From: Eledone cirrhosa
Lineage: Eukaryota
Assembly (NCBI GenBank): GCA_964016885.1
Contig: OZ024752.1
Coordinates: 1,426,001-1,490,000, forward strand
Reading direction: 5' to 3'
Length of the DNA: 64,000 bases
The position numbers were made by a program, and so were the translations under genes. The notes below the pieces were generated by a model. It had not been told where the DNA came from, searched no databases, and worked only from the letters and a program-made list of their open reading frames with translations. This document shows positions 43,001-56,600 of the stretch, in pieces; the stretch's first letter is position 1, and every line of letters begins with the position of its first letter.

Positions 43001-43742
43001 TGGTAACACACAGATCCAGCTCCTCACACATCTGCAGCAGGAGCATACCATTGTTGTTACACTTTCCCACCCCATGCCTTCCAATTACATTCCATGTGTT
43101 AAAATCCCTACCCACTCTAGCATTAAAGTCACCAGCACGATGACTTTGTCTGCCTGAGGGATATTTCTTAAAACACCTTTCAAGGCATGGTAAAAGGACA
43201 CTTTTTCTTCATCGACAGAATTCATAGTTGGAGCATACACACTCACCAGGGTAGCATATCTTCCTTTGTTCAGCGAAACTCTCATGGACATAAGACGCTC
43301 ACTAATCCCTACTGGGAATTCTTCTAATTTATTCACAAGTACAGTCTTAACAGCAAATCCTACCCCAGCCTCTCTTCTGGTTCCTTCATCTCCTCCTTTC
43401 CAGAAGAATGTATATTCTCCACAAAATTCTGTAAGATGACCATCTCCAGCTAACATCGTCTCAGATAAAGCCACGATGTCAAGATCGTAACGTCGAAGCT
43501 CCTTTGCAACAAGAGCGGTCCTTCGTTCAGGACGCTCCAAGGAATCCCTGTCAAGCAGCGTCCGTACGTTCCAGCAGCCAAGACTAAATGCCTTGTTTGG
43601 CTCTATTACAATGGCACGATGACGAGCGGGCCCAGGCTGTGATAACCTGGGGCGCCTGCCCTTATTGCCAATTATCTTTTTTGTTCCAGAACCTAAATTG
43701 CCAATTATCTCTTTTATATTGTTCTGGAACATCATTGAATTG
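39945..43742 (-). mobile_element. Near full-length RTE-clade LINE, frameshifted (APE + RT + 3 C2H2 fingers)
   Basis: APE motifs WNVRTL, VALSET, SVYAPT and LLDYVL..TDHRLV. RT motifs NYRGI.LL, QSGFR, DLTKAFD, GVKQG, LYADD and YLGS. RLRWSGHLARM. Split over at least 5 ORFs. Probable 3' terminus ..GAGGGCAGCCATCA at ~39945-39988 beyond a microsatellite block. Confidence 0.93.
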
Positions 43743-43743
43743 C

Positions 43744-43775
<32 letters not shown>

Positions 43776-44099
43776 TAATAATAGTAATAATAATAATAAT
43801 AGTACACTATTAATAATTATTAATGCACTCGTGCAATGCCTGTGCGTGACGAATATTTTTAAAGTGAGGAAAGACTGTGCACTGAGCCAATCCCACTCTC
43901 TGAGCGACAGTAGCTATAACCCGAAAAGAAGAAAAGATCAACATCATCGGTAACTACTGAGCCGCAGGTTTTATATCGGAGTTATCCCAGTTTCCTGAGT
44001 TGCCTTCTCCTAGAAGAATGCCCTCACAAATGCTAGGGGTCCTTCACTCCCAGTGGTTTAACCACGCGGTAATGTGTATATACATATTTACACACTTTT

Positions 44100-44237
44100 G
44101 GATAGCCGTTGACTATTATGAGTTCTTCCGCCCTTTGTCAGGTTTTGTATTTTGTCCTGCAGGGTGTCCAAAATCACCCTCCTCACCAAGTAAACTTGGT
44201 GGGGTTGCCGGTTTAGTCGACGACGACCCGACCATCA
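44100..44237 (-). repeat. Dispersed repeat, second copy at 48880-49065 in opposite orientation
   Basis: Shared gggtgtccaaaatcaccctc...gacgacccgac. Possibly a LINE 5' UTR derivative. Confidence 0.75.
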
Positions 44238-44375
44238 ATACACACATACATACATACATACATATATACATACATACATACATACAGACTCTGAAATCTG
44301 ACGAACGAAGTAAATTCAACATACTGCGGGAAATACGGAGTATGCAGTAAGGTATACACCACTTTCCATTTAATT

Positions 44376-44503
<128 letters not shown>

Positions 44504-45077
44504 GGAGAGAGTATTTTCAATACATTGATTGTTTTGTGTCTGCTAACGCTGAATCTATAAATGTTGTTCCATCAGACTTCCACCGAGAGACTAAGTCCCA
44601 TCTGGAAAATAGAAATGTGACATCAACTATAACACATGGTTAGGATTTGAACGACTTATTTATAAATCGATATGTTTGAAAACTTTTCTAGATATTGTCT
44701 GTCTACTACAGCACATATACCTTTCACAAAGCCACCTTTGACCAATGAAAATTATGTGTGTCAATCAGTGACGTATTTAGTATCAGATTAACGTTTGAAG
44801 CAACTGATTATGTTTTCTATGTAAGGTCTAAAATTGACCATCCGTCAGTAGATTTAAGAAGCTAGATTAATGTATCAAGACAGCAGTTATTTTTAGGCGT
44901 AAGTATAAATGAATAAAAGGAACAAAGTTACAAAAATATACACTTTTTTTTACACACAGAACCTCTACAGAAGTACAATATTCGTTTATTTCTATACTCA
45001 TTCACGTAGAAATATATAGACATGTATATAATTATATATCCGAATAAAAATCAAATGTAATATATATCTACAACATA

Positions 45078-45410
45078 GGCGCATGGCTTAGTGGTTAGAC
45101 CATTGGGCTTGCAAACGGGAGGTTGTGAGTTCGATTCTCGGACTGGGTGATGCGTTGTTTCCTTGAGCAAGACACTTTATTTCACGTTGTTCCAAGTTAC
45201 TTAACTGTAGGAATGAGTTTCTACGTCACTGGTATCAATCTCTATCGGTAATAGCCTTTCCCTTGGACACCATCGGTGGCGTGGAGAGGGGAAGCTGGTA
45301 TACATGGGCGACTGCTGGTCTTCGACAAACAACTTTGCCCGGACCTGTGGCTCGGAGGGGAACTTTCTAGGTGCAAAATCCATAGTCATTCGTGACCGAA
45401 GGGGGTCTTC
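45078..45410 (+). mobile_element. tRNA-derived CORE-type SINE (family B), full length
   Basis: A box TGGCTTAGTGG, B box GTTCGATTC, core TCCTTGAGCAAGACACTT. Confidence 0.88.
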
Positions 45411-46526
45411 TCCATATATATATATATATGTATGTGCTTCTAGTAGTAGTTTTGTTATTTATATACATACTTATATTAATAAATGCAGTGAATTTATATG
45501 AATTTCTTTATTATTGAAAACCATCTGCAGTTTACCACCGTTCGTTTTTAAATGCAAGAACCTAATCACAATTTGAAACTGTTTTTCTTACGCAGACACT
45601 GGTGTGTGTGTGCTGTGTCACATCTGAATATTCTATATAGTAGATATAGTGGTTAAACCATAGTTTAAATATGTGATCAGAATATATCGCCCCGCCTGTT
45701 TACAGTGTTTTGATTGTCGCAATACCTCAATTCTTCATATGTATCTCAAAAGAGAAAGCGACAGCTAGTCACACTATAGTCAATGAATGATCAATTTGTC
45801 TGATATAATTGTCACAGCAAGATTAGCCTTGTGACCAGTTATAATATACGTAATTAAGAGATGAACTACACAGCGTTGTGGTATTATTAATTAGCATGTG
45901 TAAATCGAATTAGTGCGTAAGTATTTCTTTTATCATAAGTTCAAACTTTAAGATGGAGTTTAAAATTTATACAATATTCTAAAAATAGTGGTCAGTAAAT
46001 GTACCGGGCAAACATTTTGTTTGACAGTAAATTCAGTTATCTAACCGATGACAGAACGTTACTTCAGAACCGTCCATAACATTGCACAGGGGCAATGTGT
46101 GGTTGGCAAGCCAGCAGTCGTCCATGCTTGTTTAACATTTTTCTCAAGGGAAATGCAAATACTGATACAGCGTAGCAACAGTCGTCAGAAATTATTTTTC
46201 CAGCTGAGAGGAGTGTTCTTTCAAGTTTTTGTAAAACCCTGAGAGAACATTTCTTAAAAATTGGCGCGAACTAATCACGTGATCTTCAACAACCTATCAA
46301 ATTGCACATCACACATATAGTAATCTGAACACACGTTTTTGTATAAAGCTGAAAGAACTTCCCAACATCAACTGTATACGTGTTACAAGTCGGCATAGCC
46401 AAACATTTCCCCATCTCTTTTGAAAATCATGAACTTGTGAAACCGGTAAGATCATAAATTGTTGTAAATAAACCACATGAAAGACTGCAATTGCATTTTC
46501 AACTTCTTTCTCTCTCTTTTTCTCCC

Positions 46527-46619
<93 letters not shown>

Positions 46620-47024
46620 TGTATATATGCATACATAGAGAGATAGAGAGTGAGAGAGAGTGATGCAGAGAGAGATGAGGAGGGTGAACAAGGGGAGATA
46701 ATGAAAGTTAGAATTATATATAGCAGAAACACGTCAGTGGTTCGAATGTCTTTTAATTAATGGGAGTCGTCCATCTTGAATGTGAATAAAACACAATTTC
46801 TCGTTTCAGCATAATAAGAAAGCTATTAAATGTATACAGCTCTTTGCAGACAAATTAGATAAGGAATTCTGCTTTGATTGAAACGCACATTTAACGAAAT
46901 TTCATTAGTAGTTTTCTTGGTTTTGTTATTTTGCAGTGTTTTATCTTTTCAGAGACAGGCCGAATTGTAAGAGCAACGACATGGCGCTTAATAATCTATC
47001 ATCCCCATATTCTACCTCCTTCAC

Positions 47025-47075
<51 letters not shown>

Positions 47076-47159
47076 ATAATAATAATAATAATAATAACAA
47101 TAATAATAATAAAATAATAATAATAAAAATAATAATAACAATAATAATAATAATAATAA

Positions 47160-47468
47160 TTCGACACAAGAGTGCAAGAGAAGGAGAGGGAGAAAATTAA
47201 CCGATACCAGGACTTAAAGTGGGAGGTAAAAAAGATTTGGAACTGCCATGAAGTCAAAGTGGTCCCGATTGGTACTATCTCAAAGAGTTTCCAAGGATGG
47301 TTAAAGAATATTGGTCCCGCCCCGCTTTTTGGAGCACTTCAAAAGGCATGCTTGCTGGGAACAGCAAGAACCCTCCGATACGTCCTGAATATCTGAGGCT
47401 GAAGGTAGTGGCTCGATATTCATTTCAACAACTTTCCAGTTAAATAACATCAATGACTGAGACTCAAA
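47160..47468 (+). mobile_element. R4/Dong-type non-LTR retrotransposon 3' fragment (RLE domain)
   Basis: EKINRYQDL..VVPIG..LQKACLLGTARTLR. Embedded in (TAA)n. Confidence 0.85.
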
Positions 47469-47478
47469 GAACAACAAC

Positions 47479-47531
<53 letters not shown>

Positions 47532-47532
<1 letters not shown>

Positions 47533-47880
47533 CTGACCTGGTGGTTGTGGACAAAGAAAAAAGATCGTGTCTGATTGTGGATGTGGCCTGCCCATTCGAC
47601 ACGAGAGGACTTAAAGTGGGAGGTAAAAAGGATTTGGAACTGCCATGAAGTCAAAGTGATCCCGATTGTCATAGGCGCGCTGGGGACTATCTCCAAAAGT
47701 TTCTAGGGATGGTTAAAGAAAATCGGCCCCTTCACGCTTTTTGGAACGCTTCAAAAGGCATGCTTGCTGGGAACAGCAAGAACCCTCCGATACGTCCTGA
47801 ATATCTGAAACTGCAGGTAATGGCTTGATATTCATTCCAACGGACTTTCCAGTTAACTAACATCAATGACTGAGACTCAA
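47532..47880 (+). mobile_element. Second R4/Dong-type 3' fragment
   Basis: DLVVVDK..LIVDVACPFD (PD..D motif), IVIGALG and LQKACLLGTA. Flanked by (TAA)n. Confidence 0.85.
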
Positions 47881-47924
<44 letters not shown>

Positions 47925-48774
47925 GCTGTAGCTGCTTCTTTTCCTCCAAATATTTTTTCTAACTGCCAATTCATCTCCGATGACATTATCAACAACATCA
48001 ATGACAACGTGAATAAGGGAAAGTATTTATCTATGTCCAAAAGATAAAGTGAATTTCTTCTTTTTTTTTTTTTTACATAATTGGTAGCCTTCTATAAACG
48101 GTCAAATCTGCAGTGTAAGCTGAAAAGCTCATTTCCTAATATAATTTGAACATCAATGAATCGATTTTCTTAATAAACCATGATTAGGACGGACTTTTCC
48201 TAGCACTTCCCACTTTCCTCACTTGCACTCCTGAACCGGATATTGGACCGCTTATAGATAAAATAGTCACATTATAAGCAGGTTTAAAATACATTTGTAA
48301 AAGTTATCATAATCATTTTTTTCTATTTCGATAGTATGTTTTTTTTTTTGCATAGCATTTTTTATCATTCGCCATAGATTAATATCCATTTCCTTTGATG
48401 TTAGAGGTACAAATGTTTCTCAACGTTCAGTATTCTATTCAAAACAATTTTCCTGCATATTTAAATATGGCTGTTATTGAATTGTTTACCTTAAATATAT
48501 GCATGGAATAGGATAAATTGTATTCGGTTAAGATAACATGAGTAGTGCTTGCACTTTTTTTGCGTTGAGTGACTTCTCAAAGCCTGTGGTTCTGGTCTAT
48601 TATACTTTTAGTCTGTTGATTTACGATGAATCACTCAGAAAAACAGAAATCTTGACACAATTCCATGTTGCGGAATGTATGGTGATTGTGCAAGAATCAA
48701 TTATTTTTTATTTCTTGTTTTATGACACCGTATACAAATAGATACATACATGCAAACATTCATAAATATATATA

Positions 48775-48864
<90 letters not shown>

Positions 48865-48879
48865 CGTGCGTGCGTGTGT

Positions 48880-49065
48880 CAGGTTGCTGTTTAGCGCTAC
48901 TGGTAACCCAGTACAACCTGTGCATAGTCGGGTCGTCGGCGAGTAAATCAGCAACTCCACCAAACTTGCTTTGTAACGAGGGTGATTTTGGACACCCTGT
49001 GGGATGAAAAACAAAACCCGTCAAAGGCCGCAGAGACTCAGGACAGTCAACGGCCTCAACGACCA
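48880..49065 (+). repeat. Dispersed repeat homologous to 44100-44237
   Basis: Reverse-complement identity. Confidence 0.75.
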
Positions 49066-49237
49066 TCTAACAAAGCTTTTTATGCTGCGAGAGACTCTTA
49101 GTCGTCATTAAGACATCTCTATAAGCGAAAGTCACTCTGATATAAAACCTGAGACTTCGTTTGCATCGAATGCTGTAGATCAGTTCTACTTTTTGTGTAA
49201 ATGCATTCGATGTGGAGATGTAGGTATATACACACAC

Positions 49238-49303
<66 letters not shown>

Positions 49304-49305
<2 letters not shown>

Positions 49306-49492
49306 CGAAGGAATTGTGGTAAGGAACCAGATGGACCATAACGCACAAAAATACTCAATACTTAGGGTAGTAAAGTGGGTAATAGGAACAAGTATGACCC
49401 CCGACGGCAGAGCTAAAGCCGTTTCGACGGCTATTTCTGGACTAAATAGCCGTCGAAACGGCTTGAGCTCTGCCGTCGGGGTCATACTTGTT

Positions 49493-49497
<5 letters not shown>
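49304..49497 (-). mobile_element. TA-flanked mini-element ending in a ~115-bp palindrome (HHR 3' half folded back)
   Basis: Arms 49382-49436 and 49444-49497. Contains helix II-GAAA-CGGC..GCCG-TC-GGGGTC. Second copy at 56411-56603. Confidence 0.85.
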
Positions 49498-49566
<69 letters not shown>

Positions 49567-49569
<3 letters not shown>

Positions 49570-49823
49570 AAGGCGGGTAAAATTCCCGAGATCCATGGAC
49601 GAGTTCTCTCCAGCGGTCTCTGTCCCTCATTATCGCTGCCATGTCCTGCGTCTCCAACAGACCAGTGTCTGTCCTTAGGCATCCCAAAAGTCAGCTCAAA
49701 AGTGACACAGAGGAGACTGAGGTTAGCTGGACAGGCTCACCGACATCCAGAGTTGACATTGCACTCAGTGCTCCTTTGGGAGCCGCTACATGGGCACACT
49801 AGAAGAGGAAGACCAAGGTTAAC

Positions 49824-49826
<3 letters not shown>
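49567..49826. mobile_element. RTE-type LINE 3' fragment with internal inversion
   Basis: 49567-49682 is the minus-strand terminal part and 49683-49826 the plus-strand upstream part (RRLRLAGQAHRH..LWEP.HG..RRGRP). Colinear copy at 56167-56358. Confidence 0.8.
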
Positions 49827-49864
<38 letters not shown>

Positions 49865-49885
49865 TAAAAGTAATTCCAACTTTGT

Positions 49886-51800
49886 CTGATTTACTCGTTT
49901 TATTTACAATCCTTTAAAATTATAATGATATTATAATGAAAAAGTATGGTAGAATATTAAATGTTAAGTGTTAATTGAACAAGTACGTTCATGCTTTCGC
50001 AATCTTCAGGTTCACATTAAGTGGTGACAGTCAAGGTTGCAATTTTCAACTGTAATGAGATGGCTAAAATCTGTGCCTTATATACAGTAAAAAGGGGCTA
50101 CAGAATGCTAAGTTTTGCAAACTGTATTTCGACCAATTGGTGTGTGGTTTCACTAAATTACTAAAGCTGATTGGTTTAGGCGTCACGGTTGGTTGAGCAT
50201 GCCTAACGACTTTTATTTGACCCTATCCAAAGCATCAATTGTTTTGCTATTTTTAGAAATGATGAAAATAGCATTTTCTAGTGTTTTTATAAAAAATCTT
50301 CAGTAATCATCAACATCAACATCACTTTTATTATTATTATTGTTGTTGTTGTTGTTAGTGGTGGTAGTCGAAATGGTCGTAGGCGTAGTCATAGTAGAAG
50401 TAATACCCATAAGTATTATTATTGTTCATTTAGCTTGGGTTGGAATTTATCAATAAAATTCTTTTCTTTAATTTTTCTCTTGATTTCACTTCGGCTGTGT
50501 AGTTTGTAGAATGGAAATATTATAATACTTTCTGACCACATGTTGCTAGAAGGTTACTCAGGGGTATGAGACGGACATTTGGGTCTCTGATTTGTTGTCG
50601 GTGCACCCATACACGTTCCGATAGTGCATTTCCAGTTTGACCGACATATTGTTCCTCACAATTCGGGAATTTAATGTAGTAAATTAGATTTCTGCTTTTG
50701 CAGTTCATATTTGCATCTGTGAATATTTTTCCAGTTTTTTGTGTTCATTGACCAGTATGTATGAACTAACATGTGCCACATCGACTATCATTGCATTTAG
50801 ATACAGTGAATGATTGGTCTTTGTTGTTACGGTCGAACTTTGCTTTTGCTAGTAATTGCTTCAAATTTTTCGGCTGTCTTTTACTAAGAATCAAAGCTTG
50901 GACTGTGATTAAACCTTTTAATTCATTTCGTTGACCAATGATCGGTAGGTTTGCTTTGGCAGTGTTGAAGATATTCTGGTGACATGGGTTGTGTGTCATT
51001 ATAAATGGTATGACCAGTTCTTGGTTTCTTCTTCCTTGGGTTGTCCTAAGTTGTTGTATAGGTATTTTAATATCGCGCTTTATGCCATTTTCTATAAGTA
51101 GAGATGGATATTTTTGTTTGAGCAAAAATTCTCTCAGTTCTGTTAGGCGTTTGTTCCTGGTATTCGTATCTTCTACAATGGTACAAATTGTTCTGGCTAG
51201 GCAGTATGGTATGTTGTGTTTTGTATGAGGTGGATGGCATGACTTAAAATTGAGATATTGATGGGTGTCTGTGTGTTTATAGTATATATCCGTGGTAATG
51301 GTGGTGTCGTTTGTGATTACCATTATATCTACGAATGATAATTTGGTACTACTCATCTCTTTTGTAAATTGGAGAGATGGGTGTAGGTTATTCAGGAGGA
51401 TATTGAACTCATACAGAGTATCTAGAGATTCTGTCCAGATGATGAAACTGTCATCAAAGTATCTCTTCCAAGACTTTTCAACGTACTTTCTAAATTCAGT
51501 ACTATATTTTTCCTCTATTTCTTGGTAGAGTTGCTGTTCTAAGTATCCCATTACCGAGTTAGCGTAAACGGGAGCAAACTTCGTTCCCATCGCTCTGCCT
51601 CTAATTTGGATGTAATTCTTTCCATTGAAGAAGAATGTGTTGTTTTCCAGAAAAAGTCTGACTGCGTCTAATATAAATGGCACTGTGAATCTGGTGGGAA
51701 TCACTTCTCTGTTTTTCCACCCAGTATTTAACCGCCTTTATTCCTAAATCATGTGTAATATTGGTGTAAAGGCTTAGCACATCACAACTAAGTAGAAGTG
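49886..51800 (-). mobile_element. Penelope-like element (RT + Zn linker + GIY-YIG + pLTR), 5'-truncated
   Basis: DVLSLYTNI, GRAMGTKFAP, WKRYFDD, IYYKHTD, CNDSRCGTC and NLIY..YVGQT motifs. Confidence 0.93.
49976..50014 (-). ncRNA. Minimal hammerhead in Penelope pLTR
   Basis: TGAAC-CTGAAGA-tTGC(GAAA)GCAt-GAAc-GTAC-TT^GTTCA. Confidence 0.7.
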
Positions 51801-51849
51801 AATTCGTTTCCGTGGCTTTGTGAAGATGGGATATATTCTATAATCACAC

Positions 51850-52832
51850 ACGACCCATCAATATATGAATTTAGAGTCGTACCATCCACCGCATACAAAA
51901 CGGAACATCCCATACTGCCTAGCCAGAAGAATTTGTCCCATTGTAGAAGATACGAATACCAGGTCAATGAACACAAAATCTGGAAAAATATTTCCAAATT
52001 CAAATATGAACTTCAAAAGCAGAAATCTAATTTACTGCATTAAATGCCCGAATTGTGAAGAACTATATGTCGGTCAAACTGGAGATGCACTATCGGAACG
52101 TGCACGGGTGTACCGACAACAAGTCAGAGACCCAAATGTCCGTCAGATACCCCTGAGTAACCATCTAGCAACATGTGGTCAGAAAATATTTATAATATTT
52201 CCATTCTACAAATTACACAGCCCAAGTGAAATCAAGAGAAACATTAAAGAAAAGAATGTTATTGATAAATTCCAACCCAAGCTAAATAAACAATAATAAT
52301 GGGTATTACTTCTGCTATGACTACGCCTACGACCATGTCGACTACCACCACTAACAACAACAACAACAATAATAATAATTGTTTCTACTTTTAGGCACGT
52401 GATGTTGATGTTGATGATTACTGAAGATTTTTTATAAAAACCCCAGAAAATGCTATTTTCATTATTTCTAAAAATAGCAAAACAATTGATGCTTTGGATA
52501 GGGTCAAATAGAAGTCGTTAGACATGCTCAACCAACCGTGACGCCTAAACCAATCAGCTTTAGTAATCTAGTGAAACCACACACCAATTGGTCGAAATAC
52601 AGTTTGCAAAACCTAGCATTCTGTAGCCCCTTTTTCTGTATATAAGGCACATATTTTAACCATCTCATTACAGTTGAAGATTGTAAACTTGACTGTCATC
52701 ACTTAATATGAACCTGAAGAATGCGAAAGCATATAAAAATACTTGTTCAATTAACATTTAACATTCTACCATAATATTTCATTATAATATCATTATAATT
52801 TTAAAGGATTGTAAATAAAACGAGTAAATCAG
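51850..52832 (+). mobile_element. Inverted partial copy of the same Penelope 3' end, with internal deletion
   Basis: Mirrors 51156-51265 joined to 50752-49886. GIY-YIG ORF at 51865-52296. Degenerate HHR at 52709-52749. Confidence 0.92.
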
Positions 52833-52843
52833 CATACGCACCC

Positions 52844-52881
<38 letters not shown>

Positions 52882-52943
52882 CTTACTGTCATTTCTATAA
52901 TACGAAGAGGGTTTTTAACTCCAACACGCTCCAGTATTTTAAT

Positions 52944-53001
<58 letters not shown>

Positions 53002-53007
53002 CCCCCC

Positions 53008-53060
<53 letters not shown>

Positions 53061-54115
53061 CATACCTATATATTTTATACATACATACATACATATATAT
53101 ATATATATATTAAGCATTAACTAGTGGTGCACTAAATATGACATTTAATCAATAGACCCCCATTTCTGCTTATCTCTCGCCTCGAAAAAAATGTATTGTG
53201 TAGAACCAATCAAACAACTATATACGATCAAAGTCTCTGCTAGAAATAGGAGACATAAGTACCTCAAATCACACTCAACAATCAATGTATATAAAAGTAT
53301 ATGATGGTTGCCCATCTGTTGCACCAACATTGATGTCACATTAGAGTTGGTTTTATAAATTAATATCGGTTCACAGTAATTCTGCACGAGGGCAACGTAT
53401 TTCAAAAGGGGATGGATGTTACTATGACTTTCATGTTTTTAAAAGTAAATTGGTTTCGATAGGCAATTGAGATCTCTTCAAATTTCGACTGTATATAACA
53501 CAGGAGTCTGATCAACGTTATGCATTGTTGGCCATAACATCATTGTTAATGTATATAATATTGATTTTAACTACGCTTTGGAAATTCAAGAATGTTAGAG
53601 TTCATTGTTTGCTTCAATGTTTATTTAATGATCGTCTACAATATAATGGAACATAGTTAAGAAGATCTTCTCAAAACTTTAACATTGTTAAAGACAAGAA
53701 TTTATGTGTCTTCTTCAGACAGTTATGCGGTTAATTCTTTCTGCTTCACAGATTTGTTAAAATATAATATAGACCTAAGTGTATAATACGATATGTGGTG
53801 TCGAAATAATTCAATGTTGTATTGTAGCTAAATCAACAAAGTTGGACAAGAATAAACAAAACGCTGATATTATATAACATCACATCATTGACGAAGTGTT
53901 AGTCTTGAGCGAACAGCTGCTATATACCTGCACGTTAGAACACATCCCCAAACATTCTCTCCTATTTTACAGCAAATCGCGTCTTCTAAAGAGCTGAAAA
54001 GTACTATATCCCAGAGTGTAATCTCTTATTCAAAGTCTGTTTGTCTCTCTCTCTCCCCCACACACGCAAAATAACACACACACACACACAGATATATATA
54101 TATATATGTATAAAT

Positions 54116-54198
<83 letters not shown>

Positions 54199-54338
54199 AT
54201 ATATAAATGTATTCTGAGTTTTTCGAATATTAGTGATAATATTCGATTCGTTTGCAATTATGCAAACAAGCCTCATTTTCAAAGCAATGTCAGTAGAATG
54301 AACTCACCATTCTTGCTCTAGTGTTGGTATGTAAACAG

Positions 54339-54386
54339 AACTGCAGACACTAATGTTTCTGGTTATTACTCTTCATCAGTACAGTT
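54339..54386 (-). ncRNA. Type I hammerhead ribozyme
   Basis: AACTGTA-CTGATGA-aGaGT(aata)ACCa-GAAA-CA(ttag)TG-TC^TGCAGTT. 7-bp helix I, GUC site, weak helix II. Confidence 0.72.
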
Positions 54387-54665
54387 GACTGTTCACCTGC
54401 CAACTGTCAGAGCTAGTGAAAATATATTATATTTTCTCAAATATACAGTGATTGATCAGCCTGATTTGCATATTAGAAGACTAGCCGATCACTCAGATCT
54501 GCATATTAGCAGATCCACTGAGCGAAACATTTATTTACTTACTTTTTAATAATATATATATACATTTATATATATATATGTATATGTATATGTATATAGA
54601 ATATATATATATATATACATATATATATACATATATACATATATACATATATATTTGTATATAAG

Positions 54666-54700
<35 letters not shown>

Positions 54701-55882
54701 TTGGGCATGTGTGCATGTATATGTATGAGTCTCTGTGTAACGTAATGTGTATGTGAACATGTAGATATATTTATGTATATATTTACACCCACATCAATAG
54801 ATAAAATGGTGAATGTTTGCTCATTTGAACTCTTCTTTATATACAAGACGCAATTTTCATAGACTTATATTATGCAAGCAATGTATGCTTGTACATATTT
54901 GTTCATGTATAGAGACATATATTTCCATATGTATATACATTTTCTTGTTTTGTATTTAGAAAATACACAGTGATATGGAGGAATTGATCGTAAAATAAAA
55001 TAACAATGTGAAACGCCGTGTAGAGGGTGGATTTATATTCCTGAAGAGTTGGGTAATAGGAAATAGTAGTATGTCTATGGGAAAGAAAGAGAGTTGGACA
55101 TAGACAAAGAAAGCGAGGGAGAAAAAGAGAAAAATCTTAGAAAGAAGTAGGAGAAATTGATAACGTGTGTATAAGATAGACACGGAAATATATAATCGTA
55201 TTCCAACATTTATTACATAGTCAACTGCATATAAAGAAATCAACCGTTTTCTAGTTTTTATTTGATATGCCTTGCGTTTTCCTTCACACCTCAGAAAGTT
55301 ACAAAGTATAATGATGTCTTCTTCTATAGACTTGCTTACATATTTGAAGAAAATAGTGATCTAAAGTGTCCATAAACTGTAGAAAGAATTTCTGAATCAT
55401 ATTGCTCAATATTTACTGTCCAGTTTATAAATAGATTTTTAAGGAATTGAGAATCATCATTTCAATGAGAGGAATGTTTGGAATTTAGAATTGTCTCCGG
55501 TGGGTATTGCGATTTCGGGTTGATAAAGAGAGGTAATGTGACATAGCTACGAGGTTAGAGAAGCTACTGTATAGACAATTAACAAGTGTGGGATAGTAAG
55601 ACTTATTGGAACCGATGAAAATTCAATGGAGAAAATTCCTTTCGAATGACTGACGTCAATAACTTGCATAAGTTATCATGTAACTGTAAATGTTCAAATC
55701 CGTTCAAAACATTTTACATTAATAATATTATTATAATTATTTTAATGGTTGCTTGTATATGATTTGACGTTGATTATATTTAACTACAAGGAAGACATGC
55801 TTAAGTTGTTCTATGATAATGAGCACTTTTATCAATGACCATGAGGTCTATTGTTATATCATGTATATATATATATATATAT

Positions 55883-55962
<80 letters not shown>

Positions 55963-56166
55963 AATATGAAGACTAAAATCCAAAGAGGGTTCGATATATA
56001 TATATATACGTATATATATATAATATATATGTATGTATATATATATATATATCTATCTATAATATATGTATGTATGTATAAATATCTATATCTATATCTA
56101 TATATATGTGTGTGTGAGTGTGGACATGTATATGTATGCGTGTTTATATATATATATATAAATATA

Positions 56167-56358
56167 ATTGCACTCAGTGCTCCTGTGGGAGCCCCTACAT
56201 GGACACACTGGAAGAGGAAGACCAAGGTTAACATATGTTTATGCCCTAACGACAGACACTGGTCTGCTGGAGACGCAGGACATGGCAGCGATAATGAGGG
56301 ACAGAGACCGCTGGAGAAAACTCGTCCATGGATCTCGGGAATTTTACCCGCCCTAGAT
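56167..56358 (+). mobile_element. RTE-type LINE 3' end
   Basis: [23 protein letters not shown]. Followed by a tagatagat/(TA)n tail. Confidence 0.8.
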
Positions 56359-56360
56359 AG

Positions 56361-56410
<50 letters not shown>

Positions 56411-56600
56411 GAACGAGTAGGACCCCGACGGCTGAGCTCAAGCCGTTTCGACGGCTAATTCTGCGTCCAGAATTAGCTGTCGAAACGGCTTGAGCTCAGC
56501 CGTCGGGGTCCTACTCGTTCCTATTACCCACTCTACTACCCTAAGTATTGAGTACTTTGGTGCGTTATGGTCCACCTGGTTCCTTACCACATTTCCTTCG

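Noticed and set aside
44296-44350. CTGACGA..GAAA-TAC/GTA hammerhead-like motif
   Set aside because: Helices II and III are plausible, but helix I does not pair and the cleavage position is G.
45078-45150. tRNA-like sequence
   Set aside because: It continues into a SINE core and tail, so it is a SINE head rather than a tRNA gene.
53673-53724. Minus-strand CTGAAGA-AGACA..TGTCT motif
   Set aside because: The GAAA box is missing (TTAA), so it is too degenerate to call.
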